A stretch of DNA of 64,000 nt. Source: Parcubacteria group bacterium Gr01-1014_8. Lineage in GTDB: Bacteria > Patescibacteriota > Minisyncoccia > Phycocordibacterales > UBA2100. How positions within the stretch are numbered: position 1 is the first letter of the stretch; every line of letters starts with the position of its first letter. The notes under the pieces are model-generated. The model saw only the letters and a program-made list of their open reading frames with translations. It was not told where the DNA came from and made no database searches. The position numbers and the translations under genes are program-made. The stretch lies in assembly GCA_007376385.1 (NCBI GenBank), contig VMGC01000003.1:64001-128000 (forward strand), in the 5' to 3' direction. Positions 48,135 through 57,458 of this stretch are shown here, one piece after another.

Positions 48135-48982
48135 ATGGCCCGGGAAACAACGTCTGTTTTGGAGACATCCATAATGGAACCAGTCTGTATACTGCGCATA
48201 TTCTCCCGCAGAGAATCCTGCAATGCGTATACGCCCTCCGGTGCAATACGGGGATCATTTCCAGGATAGGCTGTCAGCCAATCTTTTTCTGTGATGGCCA
48301 TCGCCGCTTTCACTGCATCCCGCGCTTTCTTCAGGGCAGCTTCCTTTTCGCCAAGTTCAAACAGCGCGATCGAATGCGAACTAAGAAGCCAGGGATTTTC
48401 CGGAAAAAGCTGGAGGCCATGTTCCGTCGCCGCACGTGCGTCGCGAGGGCAATTGCTTTTAAGCAGGACCCACGCGTAATCATTTAATCCAGCCCAATTT
48501 GACGGCTCCCGAGACAAGTAGAGTTCGTAATCTCTCGCGGCAGCCTCATAATCAGTCATGAAACCCTCGATAAGGCCTCGCACGTAATAGGAATTCGCCT
48601 GTGCATCGCCGTGCTCGGAGATCTCGATAGTTATGTGAGCCAGCGCGGTTGCAAAATCACTTCTCAAAAAATAGATCCGTGCAAGTTCGTGATGCACGTA
48701 TGGAAAATGGGGCATGATAAAGGCGGCTTTTTTCAGATACGTCTCGGCTTTTTTAATGCTGTATGCATCGTCGCGTGTATTGAGAAAATACGAACCCATT
48801 TCATACAGAAGTTTCGGGTCATTAGGTGCGAGCATTCGTGCAGACTCAAGATGGATGCCCTCCCACAGCGCGTGCGCGAGAGCCGTGCGATAAAAGAAGA
48901 TGAGCCCCGCAACAAACAACACCGACAAGGACGCGGCGACGATCAGCTTTGCCGATCTTGCCTTCCACATGCCGTGCATCAC
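48116..48982 (-). CDS. membrane-anchored TPR-repeat protein
   Basis: N-terminal TM and several TPR-like helical repeats. Confidence 0.5.
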   Translation of the reverse strand: MMHGMWKARSAKLIVAASLSVLFVAGLIFFYRTALAHALWEGIHLESARMLAPNDPKLLYEMGSYFLNTRDDAYSIKKAETYLKKAAFIMPHFPYVHHELARIYFLRSDFATALAHITIEISEHGDAQANSYYVRGLIEGFMTDYEAAARDYELYLSREPSNWAGLNDYAWVLLKSNCPRDARAATEHGLQLFPENPWLLSSHSIALFELGEKEAALKKARDAVKAAMAITEKDWLTAYPGNDPRIAPEGVYALQDSLRENMRSIQTGSIMDVSKTDVVSRAMCGRRL

Positions 48983-50121
48983 TTGCTTATCTCACCGTAT
49001 TTTATGAGAAACTCCTTGAAGTTCGGATTGAGTTCTGAGAGGTCAATGTAGCCTTTGTAGTAGCGCTCCCAATCAGCCTTTGAGCGCGCTCCCCCCTCGC
49101 GCAAAAAAGCAAGATAGTAGCCCTGGTGGACTGCTGGATCCTTCTCGACGAGCGTCATGAGCGCATTCAGATACTTGTTGATCTCGGCTTTTGCGTCCGT
49201 ACCCTGCACATCGTACAGCGCAAGTGCATAGTTGAAATATGTATACGGAAGACGCGACGCGATAAGCGGAATGGGGGCTCCTTTCTCATCCCGCGTGGTC
49301 TCATTCAATTTCACCAATGCATCCAAGGCTATTTTAGCGTCCTCAAGATACTCCGGCTGTACCCTCGCCATCACTCCATAGAGATATGATTTCCAAAAGA
49401 GGAACCGGGGCTCAACCATATACTCGAACGGCCTTCCCTCGACGGTCTTCAATTCTTGGGGAAGCAAGGCATCCGCAGATGCTATGACCTTCGCTATTTC
49501 CCCCGCGTATTCCTTTTTTTGAGCTGGCGTCGCGTTCCAGTCTCCATATAAATTCCGGATCCTGTCCGTATACCACTGACCTATGCGAAATTGAGCCTCC
49601 GTTGTCGGATACAAGGATATGGAATATTCCGCAAGATTGCGTATCGAGGTAGCCGCGTCATCTTGGACAAGGAAACTTTGGAACGGTTCGCCGACAAATA
49701 CTTCATCAAATACGAATGGTTCAAATGCCGCGTTGATATAACCGAGTAATTTGTTCACCTGGAGAGCTTTCTCATAGTTTGTTTTGCTGAGCGTATAGGT
49801 CTCCTTTGTCAGCTGTACCGCTTCAATGCGCTTGCGAGCATCGCCGCTCATGAATTTACCGGTATCAACTACAGAACGCGCAACAAAATTTGGCTCCGAT
49901 GAACCCCGCATGACCAGCTCCGCCTGTGCGACCGCCTCATCAGATCTCCCCTGCGCTGCAAGATGCAAAGCAGTGTCCGTCATTTTCTTTTGTTCTTCTT
50001 CGCTTAAGCCGCCTCGCAATAAAAAAAGGTCCGGGCGAAAGACATACAAAGCCGCCGTCGAAAGAACTGCCGCAACAAGAAGTATAAGAACGATGATCCC
50101 CCGTATGTTTGTTCCAGTCAT
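48979..50121 (-). CDS. membrane-anchored hypothetical protein
   Basis: N-terminal TM followed by an alpha-rich soluble domain. Confidence 0.4.
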   Translation of the reverse strand: MTGTNIRGIIVLILLVAAVLSTAALYVFRPDLFLLRGGLSEEEQKKMTDTALHLAAQGRSDEAVAQAELVMRGSSEPNFVARSVVDTGKFMSGDARKRIEAVQLTKETYTLSKTNYEKALQVNKLLGYINAAFEPFVFDEVFVGEPFQSFLVQDDAATSIRNLAEYSISLYPTTEAQFRIGQWYTDRIRNLYGDWNATPAQKKEYAGEIAKVIASADALLPQELKTVEGRPFEYMVEPRFLFWKSYLYGVMARVQPEYLEDAKIALDALVKLNETTRDEKGAPIPLIASRLPYTYFNYALALYDVQGTDAKAEINKYLNALMTLVEKDPAVHQGYYLAFLREGGARSKADWERYYKGYIDLSELNPNFKEFLIKYGEISK

Positions 50122-50126
50122 AGAGA

Positions 50127-50453
50127 TTATTTTCCCCCGCTGCCTCCGCTTCCTCCGGCACAGCCATCACAACAATCACCTGCGCCAGCGTCACCTGCAT
50201 CACCTGCATCACCTGCGCAGCCTCCACACCCACCGTCGCTGCAACCATCCGACGTGCAACTCGAACAACTCGAACAACTGCCCGGGGCATCGGCGCGCGC
50301 CACATCAGAATTTCCTAAAACTCGCTCGCCGCCTCCCCCTCCAAATACGCGCGGCGCAATGACAGTAAGAAGCACGATGACAGCACCGAGGAACAGTAAC
50401 CCCGCATTCCGGATCGCCTTATATCCTCGCTGGGAGATGCGTACAATAGCCAT
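50127..50453 (-). CDS. candidate RiPP precursor: TM/leader region plus Gly/Ser/Cys-rich core (microcin-B17-like composition)
   Basis: C-terminus GSCSSCSSCTSDGCSDGGCGGCAGDAGDAGDAGAGDCCDGCAGGSGGSGGK. A TGaTATACT extended -10 sits 6 nt upstream of the ATG (leaderless-like). 9-nt tandem repeats occur in the core coding region. Confidence 0.45.
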   Translation of the reverse strand: MAIVRISQRGYKAIRNAGLLFLGAVIVLLTVIAPRVFGGGGGERVLGNSDVARADAPGSCSSCSSCTSDGCSDGGCGGCAGDAGDAGDAGAGDCCDGCAGGSGGSGGK

Positions 50454-50527
50454 AGCGAAAGTATATCAGTACACAGCACAATATCCGCGCCTTATGTGGA
50501 TATGTACTTCCACCCTATCTCGCCCTG

Positions 50528-51721
50528 CTATTTTTGTATCCAATCATTGGTTTGAAAGATCGAAAAATCCAAAGCGCATACATTCGCTGTCTCGATAACC
50601 CGATGCAGAGGCTCGTGCGCAAACGATAGATCGAGCGACCAGAAGATTTCCCGTATGGGCGGCTCGCCCCGGCACAGCGCTTTGAGTTCGAACCAGCGTG
50701 TATACGGGCTACAGCGACAAGGACGATTTTGCCATGCACCTTTTATAACCTTCTCGGTCCCGTCCTCGTACCGTACCGTCGCAAGCGATACGCCGCTCGT
50801 GGCCGGAAAGTAAGTCGCAATGCCGAGATGAGGCCTCGCAAATGTAAAACTTCGGCTATGGAGCGCAAAGATGATCCATGCGTGCATCATCAATAGACCT
50901 AGACAGATGATGGCCATGCGCCATATGTAGGTGCCACTGGGTTTTTTTGCAGGCACGTCGAACCAAAAAAGCGCGGGCAAGATCGGCACGATAAGCAACA
51001 TGTAGTATTGTTCAAAGACAACGCCTGCATACACATGGAACGCTACAAAGACGCTCAGTACGCCTCTGCGATACCGCGCGTCTTTAGAAAGGAGGTACCA
51101 CACGCCGATCCACTGCAGAGCAAACGCTCCATGTACGAACCATAATTCGACGCCTGCAGGAATGAGCGGCATATCCTTCGGCAGGCCATCCAAGATATAC
51201 GCGCGATAAAATTCTGTGACACCGCCAAGTACATACAGAAAGACAACAAGAGCACGCGCTGTCCATTCCTTGCATGCGGCAAATAACAGCACCGCTGACA
51301 GCAGGAGGTGCAGGTATGAGTACGCTTCGCCGGCTTCATATGAGAGAACGAGGAGAAAAAAAGCTTCCCACAACCAAGTCAGAAGAAAGATGCCGTGTGC
51401 CGCGAGCCATCGACCCCTGATCGCCGCAAATAAAGCAACCGTTTGCAGAATGAACAGGAAGCCATACAGCGCCGTCTGCGAATAACCGTATTGTTTTAAA
51501 TTTAGGAAATACCATTCACCGCATTGCTGAAAAAACGGCCAGCATGTATACACGTTGCTTTGGTATGCCTGAACGGTGCCCGCATCATCGCCGACAAACG
51601 TTGCGAAGAGGAACATCTGATACGCGAGCGCAATGAAAAATAAGATGCGCGCGTTTTCGGAAGGCAAAAATTCGCTCAAAGAGAAAAACTTCTGGTAGGA
51701 ATCACGGAGGCGCTCCAACAT
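50528..51721 (-). CDS. polytopic membrane protein (possibly HTTM/SdpB-like)
   Basis: About 8 TM helices with no soluble domain. The family assignment is tentative. Confidence 0.35.
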   Translation of the reverse strand: MLERLRDSYQKFFSLSEFLPSENARILFFIALAYQMFLFATFVGDDAGTVQAYQSNVYTCWPFFQQCGEWYFLNLKQYGYSQTALYGFLFILQTVALFAAIRGRWLAAHGIFLLTWLWEAFFLLVLSYEAGEAYSYLHLLLSAVLLFAACKEWTARALVVFLYVLGGVTEFYRAYILDGLPKDMPLIPAGVELWFVHGAFALQWIGVWYLLSKDARYRRGVLSVFVAFHVYAGVVFEQYYMLLIVPILPALFWFDVPAKKPSGTYIWRMAIICLGLLMMHAWIIFALHSRSFTFARPHLGIATYFPATSGVSLATVRYEDGTEKVIKGAWQNRPCRCSPYTRWFELKALCRGEPPIREIFWSLDLSFAHEPLHRVIETANVCALDFSIFQTNDWIQK

Positions 51722-51788
51722 GCATGAACTATATCATGCAGTATCTTTTGCAGATGAAAAAAAGGATGTACCATTCTGTTGTACATTC

Positions 51789-53429
51789 ATGTCATCACCC
51801 TATGCAGACATATTGCGGAATGCGATAGAAAAACGAGTCTTCGTGAAAGCCAAGAACCCCGGTGATATCGTTTCATTGGATGGCACACATTCGCTGCCCT
51901 GGATATTCGATTTTCGTGCGGCAATGTGTGATTCGGAGCATTTGAATGCATTTGCAGAGCTTTTTTGGGAGCGATCCGAAAATGAATATCCATTTCAGGT
52001 CTGCGGAATGGAAACCGCAGGCATCGCACTCGTTGCCGCTATCTGCATGAAGGGCCACGAACGAAATAAGCCGGTGAATGGCCTCTATGTCAGAAAATCA
52101 AGGAAAAAATACGGGTTGATGAAGGCATTTGAAGGAACCCCGACAAAAGATCCTGTGATATTTGTCGACGACCTTATTAACACGGGCCAGTCGGTGCAAA
52201 AAGTCCTCGCGGTATTGCATGATGAGGGATTGACCCTTCGTTCCGTATTCACCATCCTCGGCGTACGGTCTCTTGATGAGTATGCTTTTCTCGATAAAGC
52301 AGGCATCACGTATAGCATGCTCTTTCTATCCGAAGAATTCGGCGTACCTTTGGTAAAAAGTCAAACGCCGATACGGTACGATGAATTCGATGTGCTGTGG
52401 ACATTCAAAAGCGGGTCGCCAAGCTACCAGCATGTGGTCCCTAAATCCGCCCCGGCTCTTGATGCCTCCCACGTATACTTCGGCTCCGATGACGGAATAC
52501 TGCACGCACTTGACCAGAAAACCGGGGCAGAGCTCTGGAAATATCGTATCGGGATGTTCCCTTTCGGCAAAGGGATATTTTCAACTCCCGCAGTCGCGAA
52601 CAAAACCGTATATTTCGGAGCGTATGATGGAAATATGTACGCACTTGCTTCGGATACCGGAAAACGCCGCTGGGTGTACCGAGACGCGGATTGGATAGGC
52701 TCGTCGCCCGCAGTTGCGCCGGACCTAGGATTGCTCTACATCGGCCTTGAATTTGGGCTCTTCAACAAGAGAGGCGGCATTGCGGCACTTTCCCTGGATA
52801 CAGGAGAAGAAAAATGGGCTATGCGCTCAATGAATGGACTCACGCACTGCTCTCCCCTGTATATGAAGGAGGAGCGGGCAGTCGTTATCGGCAGCAATGA
52901 CGGATCAGTGTATTGTTTTGATGCACATTCCGGAAATGAGCAGTGGACGTACAAGACGAACGGAAGCGTCAAATCATCGTTCGCATATGACGCGAAGCGC
53001 CGGCTCGTCATATTTGGTTCTTTCGACGGCAATGTGTACGCGCTCCGTGCAAAGGACGGCAAGCCTGTCTGGCACTTCGATATCGGCGAAGCCATCTTTT
53101 CGACTCCGTGTCTTCTCGGTGATTATGCATACATGCCGTCTCTGAATAAATACCTGTTTGCGCTCTCGCTGGATTCCGGCGAAGAGAAGTGGCGTTTTCA
53201 AATGAGAGGCAGGATATTTTCCTCGCCCGTGATCGCAGATAATTCTCTTTGGATAGGCTCCAACGACGGCCGGCTTTGCGAACTTGATCCAGCGACTGGG
53301 ACAGTGCGCTCTTTCTTCCAGACAAGCGAACGTATTGTAAACGCAGTCGCCTATAATGCGGCATCGAAAACTTTTTTCGTGCCTACACAGGCAAATGAAC
53401 TCTACAGTATCAAGAGAAAAAACTCATAA
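51789..53429 (+). CDS. fusion of a type-I phosphoribosyltransferase-like domain with a PQQ-type beta-propeller
   Basis: PRPP-binding motif VIFVDDLINTGQSV (OPRTase-like) at the N-terminus. Six to eight PQQ/BamB-like repeats (G.DG.lyAld..tG...W) follow. Confidence 0.6.
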   Translation: MSSPYADILRNAIEKRVFVKAKNPGDIVSLDGTHSLPWIFDFRAAMCDSEHLNAFAELFWERSENEYPFQVCGMETAGIALVAAICMKGHERNKPVNGLYVRKSRKKYGLMKAFEGTPTKDPVIFVDDLINTGQSVQKVLAVLHDEGLTLRSVFTILGVRSLDEYAFLDKAGITYSMLFLSEEFGVPLVKSQTPIRYDEFDVLWTFKSGSPSYQHVVPKSAPALDASHVYFGSDDGILHALDQKTGAELWKYRIGMFPFGKGIFSTPAVANKTVYFGAYDGNMYALASDTGKRRWVYRDADWIGSSPAVAPDLGLLYIGLEFGLFNKRGGIAALSLDTGEEKWAMRSMNGLTHCSPLYMKEERAVVIGSNDGSVYCFDAHSGNEQWTYKTNGSVKSSFAYDAKRRLVIFGSFDGNVYALRAKDGKPVWHFDIGEAIFSTPCLLGDYAYMPSLNKYLFALSLDSGEEKWRFQMRGRIFSSPVIADNSLWIGSNDGRLCELDPATGTVRSFFQTSERIVNAVAYNAASKTFFVPTQANELYSIKRKNS

Positions 53430-53474
53430 AAAAACGGCGTCGCCCTCTATGACACACAGTGTTATCCTACGACC

Positions 53475-54902
53475 ATGCTGCAAGATGTGGTGCCGTTCAA
53501 GGAATTTGCATCCAAAAAATTCCCCGGTATTGTAGGCCGCGCGATACTGCAATTCATAGGTGTTTTGGAAAAAGCACTCGGCATCAGAACAGTGATAGAC
53601 GCTGATGAAGTTCCGTACGGAAAAACAGAGCTCTCCGACCTCTTTTTTATTGCTTCATCTTTGAAGAAAGTCGGGACGCTGACCTCATATTCTCAAAGCA
53701 TTGCGCCGCCGGATGAGCCACGTATCTTCAAATGGCAGGCACGTTACGGAACGGAAAATGCGGGCGGCATGTCTGCGCACTCCGACAGGAATGCCCTCAC
53801 AGCGGCACTCGCAGAATGCGTTGAGCGAAAAATATGGGCCGATAAAACAGATTTTTTTAAGAAACCTTTTACCGCCTCAACCTCGGAAATGAAAGATACT
53901 GCGCATATTTCCCCCGAACGATTCGCCGGCCTTACGGAAAAGCAGCGCACAGAAAAAGATTTTTTGAAGATGCAACCTATCAATACATATCTTTGGATAC
54001 GCGGATACTCTCTCGTTCAAAACAAGCCCATATACATCCCTGCACAGATCGTAAGTAGAGTTCACGGCATTGCGATAAAAAAGAACAAATCCGAGCCGCT
54101 GCTCCGACCGATAATTACAACAGGACTCGCAACGGGACAGACGCGCAAAAATGCGCTCCTGTCCGGGGCACTGGAAGTCATCGAACGCGATGCTTTCATG
54201 GTAACGTGGCTTAACCAGATAACACCCTCCCATATTTCAACGGATGAATTGCTCAAGAGTGAGACGTTAGATGCTCTCCTTTCAAAGTGTAAACGATACC
54301 GGCTTGATGTGGATTTCGTGCGGCTCATGACTGACGCACCAACGTATGTCATCGGTGCAGTCGTTTCTGACGGCGCGAATATGCCACCTATTGCAATCGG
54401 CATGTCCGCGCACCAAGACGCATCGCGTGCCGCCGAAAAAGCACTTTTAGAGGCGCTGCGTGCGCGCGTCAACACGCGAAATCGCTTAGAAAAATTCCGC
54501 GAACGAGCATATAAACCTGTCGAAACTATTTCTCAAGGGGAGCGCTCAATGTATTGGGCTGTTGACGACCGTTCAAAACAACTGTCATTTTTAACTGCTG
54601 GTCCTCTGCAAGCACTGGATGACGAAGCGTGGGACGATGACACCACTGAAGAACATCTGGAGAGGATAATCGAGTGGTGCAGAAAAAAGAAATACGAACT
54701 CGCGGAAATAGACATGACAAACTCTGCTGCAAATACGACTCCGTGGTGCGTAACATTCGTCGTGATACCGGAAATGCAGCCGTTGCATCAGAACGAAGAT
54801 CTGCCTTGTATCGGCGGCGCACGCTTGAAAGACATACCTAAACAATTCAGACACGAACCTCGCGCGGAACCATTCGTCGCAGCACCGCATCCATTCGTAT
54901 AA
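53475..54902 (+). CDS. YcaO-domain protein (RiPP cyclodehydratase/amide-activating enzyme)
   Basis: YcaO signature GMSAH...AECVERK and TTGLATGQTRKNALLSGALEVIERDAF. C-terminal ELAEIDMTN...PWCVTFVVIPEM. Confidence 0.8.
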   Translation: MLQDVVPFKEFASKKFPGIVGRAILQFIGVLEKALGIRTVIDADEVPYGKTELSDLFFIASSLKKVGTLTSYSQSIAPPDEPRIFKWQARYGTENAGGMSAHSDRNALTAALAECVERKIWADKTDFFKKPFTASTSEMKDTAHISPERFAGLTEKQRTEKDFLKMQPINTYLWIRGYSLVQNKPIYIPAQIVSRVHGIAIKKNKSEPLLRPIITTGLATGQTRKNALLSGALEVIERDAFMVTWLNQITPSHISTDELLKSETLDALLSKCKRYRLDVDFVRLMTDAPTYVIGAVVSDGANMPPIAIGMSAHQDASRAAEKALLEALRARVNTRNRLEKFRERAYKPVETISQGERSMYWAVDDRSKQLSFLTAGPLQALDDEAWDDDTTEEHLERIIEWCRKKKYELAEIDMTNSAANTTPWCVTFVVIPEMQPLHQNEDLPCIGGARLKDIPKQFRHEPRAEPFVAAPHPFV

Positions 54903-54904
54903 CT

Positions 54905-55633
54905 ATGTCTCTACTTTCACTTACACGACTGCACACATATTTGCGCAGCAGTCGTATCAGAAATAAGCCGGAAAATCCATCGCCGATAACTGCAACAGCA
55001 GTATCTTCAAAAAAATACCCTCGAATGCCGCAAATCGAGCTACCGAATGCGGATACTTCGACGATAACACTCGCCGAAGCAATGCATTCACGAATATCTC
55101 AACACGCGTTCGAAGAACAGCCGCTATCGATCGCATCATTATCACAGATACTCAAGAACTCGGCGTTCTCAGAAAACGCATCCCATCGTCCCTACCCTTC
55201 TGGCGGCGCCCTATTTCCAATCGAGATATATCTGCTCGTTCGTGATGTTGAGTCGCTTTCTCCTGGTATATATCACTATAGACCCGATGTTCACCGTCTC
55301 GAATTCTTGTGGGTACTTTCCGAAAATCTTGAACTGGACGTTACTTTCGACGCATGGGTAACGAGTGCTCCTGTTCTTATTGTGCTTACTGCACAATGGT
55401 CTCGGTCATGGAATAAATATAATGATTTCGGTCTCGAACTCTCTTTGCTTGAAGCAGGACACATCGGACAAAATATGCTCCTTTCAGCCGTCGCAACAAA
55501 TGCATGCGGATGTCCTTGGGGCGGATTTAATGAAAAAAATCTTGCAGATATTCTGGACCTCGATAATGAACGCGAACAAGTTGTTTACACGATCGCTCTT
55601 GGTCCGAGTATTTCAAAAGCTTCGCCGAATTAA
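54905..55633 (+). CDS. SagB-type (nitroreductase-fold) FMN dehydrogenase
   Basis: RPYPSGGALFPIEIY signature of TOMM B-type dehydrogenases. Its start sits 3 nt after the YcaO stop. Confidence 0.75.
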   Translation: MSLLSLTRLHTYLRSSRIRNKPENPSPITATAVSSKKYPRMPQIELPNADTSTITLAEAMHSRISQHAFEEQPLSIASLSQILKNSAFSENASHRPYPSGGALFPIEIYLLVRDVESLSPGIYHYRPDVHRLEFLWVLSENLELDVTFDAWVTSAPVLIVLTAQWSRSWNKYNDFGLELSLLEAGHIGQNMLLSAVATNACGCPWGGFNEKNLADILDLDNEREQVVYTIALGPSISKASPN

Positions 55634-55730
55634 CGCATGAATCGATCGGGACAGAGACGCTTTTCTCAAATCGAAAGGGCCCAGCGTTAGCCAAGCCCCT
55701 CCGCACTGCGTCTCCAGAGTAGTCCGAGGG

Positions 55731-55931
55731 CTAACGCTTCCAGCCCGCACAATACGACCCGCATCTCTTGCCCTTGTAGCAATTTCTGCAGATCGACATG
55801 CATGAGTTGTAATCGTGCGCCGTGGCACACGCCTGCGTGGTGCATGCAGGCATGACCGGGGTTGACCCCGTTACTCCAAGCAGCAGGGTTAAGGCCCCTG
55901 CCAAGCCCAAGAGAGTTTTCCTCGTAGTCAT
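55731..55931 (-). CDS. small secreted Cys-rich peptide (candidate bacteriocin or second precursor)
   Basis: 66 aa. Signal-peptide-like N-terminus, then PACTTQACATAHDYNSCMSICRNCYKGKRCGSYCAGWKR with 8 Cys. Strong RBS GGAAAGGAG 9 nt before the ATG. Confidence 0.55.
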   Translation of the reverse strand: MTTRKTLLGLAGALTLLLGVTGSTPVMPACTTQACATAHDYNSCMSICRNCYKGKRCGSYCAGWKR

Positions 55932-56180
55932 TTGCTTTCGCTCCTTTCCACTACATTGCCCCCTCGAAATATCCGTAGAAAAATGCGGACAATTCGAGAG
56001 AGCAATTTCAACTCCCCCGAAAGAACCGCGGCAAATTTCTTTGCCAGCCAGCGAGGATTATACCTCAAATAATATGATAAGTCAATCAAGCAATCCGACT
56101 TATCCACAGGGTGAAAAGCAAGAAATGAAGCCATTTTTGTGGTATGCATGCGCCTACGCTTCCCTATAGTTCGCATCAAC

Positions 56181-57458
56181 TCAAACGAGTGTCTCATCAA
56201 CAACGATCTGGCATTTTCCACGCGCTGTCGGCGGAATGTTCGCGACGAGTATTATTTTGACCGCAATAGAATTCCCAACTAACTCGCGAACGTTTGATTC
56301 GATTCTCTGTGTTGCATTGCCATCGAACAGAGCGCCCGGAACTATTCTCAATTCAAGTGCACCCTCGGCCGTTTTTGCGAACTGGTATTGGAACACGAGG
56401 TCCATGAACATATCCAGCGCTGCATCGAACTCCAGATGATGTATATCCCGCCCGCCGAAATTCAAGAACGCTGAATATCTTCCCTCGAACCATATTCTCG
56501 GAGTTTCAAGGCCGCATGTGCACCCCTCTAACGATATGACTCCGTGATCGCCTGTGTCATACCGAATGAACGGCATGTTGTAGTTCGTCAGGTCTGTCAG
56601 AATTACCCTTCCCCACTGCCCCGGGGGAAGTACTCTTCCTTCTTCGTCCACTATTTCCGCAATGATCGATTCGCTGTGCAGGTGCTGTCCATCGTGATAT
56701 GTGCATTCGCATGCCACAGCGGACATCTCTTCGATGCCGTACCGGTCATACACTTCGCTTTGCATTGCGGTTTCCAAAAATCCGCGCAGCGCGGGGGGAA
56801 GCATTTCGCCGAACGACACAATATATTTCGGCCGTATGCGGGGCAGAGAGAGGTCAGAGGACAATTTTTGCGCCAAAATAAACAGGATCGAAGTGTAACT
56901 CTCCAATACTTCCGGCTTGAATGACGCAAGCTTTCGTATCGCGTCTTCAGGATCGGACAAGAACTGTTTGACCGGCATAAAAAAACGGTAGCGCGAGGAG
57001 TTCGAACGTATCTTGATGCGGGCGACGCGAAGTTTTGAGAAGTCGAACATAAAAGCATGTTGCCAGGAAATGAATCTGAAACAGACCGATTCCAGATATC
57101 GCATATCAGTTGAATTGCGCCCGAATAAGAACGTGAACGGCTTCCCGCTCGTGCCCGACGTGTTATACCACCGTGAAAATATCTGCTGGCTGTTGTCGAT
57201 GAGCTCCTCACGCGGACGATCCAAAAAAGTTTCTTTTCGGGTTATCGGAAGCGAGGAGAGACCTTCCAAAGTGCGTATCTTTTCCGGCTCAATACCAGAA
57301 AGAGCATACAACTTTTTATACAAAGGTACGTTCGCCGCCGCATGCATGATGATCATCCGCAATCTTTTCTCCTGCCATCTTTGTATGGCCGAACGGGACC
57401 GACGATGCAAGAGATGAAAACGGAGATATTCGATGCTCTCGCGTATCTCATTGATCAT
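56181..57458 (-). CDS. PaaK/CapK/F390-synthetase-like adenylate-forming enzyme 1
   Basis: YNTSGTSGKPFTF (P-loop-like) and RYDTGD motifs of the phenylacetate-CoA ligase family. Confidence 0.7.
   Translation of the reverse strand: MINEIRESIEYLRFHLLHRRSRSAIQRWQEKRLRMIIMHAAANVPLYKKLYALSGIEPEKIRTLEGLSSLPITRKETFLDRPREELIDNSQQIFSRWYNTSGTSGKPFTFLFGRNSTDMRYLESVCFRFISWQHAFMFDFSKLRVARIKIRSNSSRYRFFMPVKQFLSDPEDAIRKLASFKPEVLESYTSILFILAQKLSSDLSLPRIRPKYIVSFGEMLPPALRGFLETAMQSEVYDRYGIEEMSAVACECTYHDGQHLHSESIIAEIVDEEGRVLPPGQWGRVILTDLTNYNMPFIRYDTGDHGVISLEGCTCGLETPRIWFEGRYSAFLNFGGRDIHHLEFDAALDMFMDLVFQYQFAKTAEGALELRIVPGALFDGNATQRIESNVRELVGNSIAVKIILVANIPPTARGKCQIVVDETLV

Noticed and set aside
55613-55828. 71-aa minus-strand ORF overlapping the end of the SagB-type gene
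   Set aside because: It overlaps a supported gene on the opposite strand and the start of the Cys-rich peptide gene region. No RBS and no motifs.
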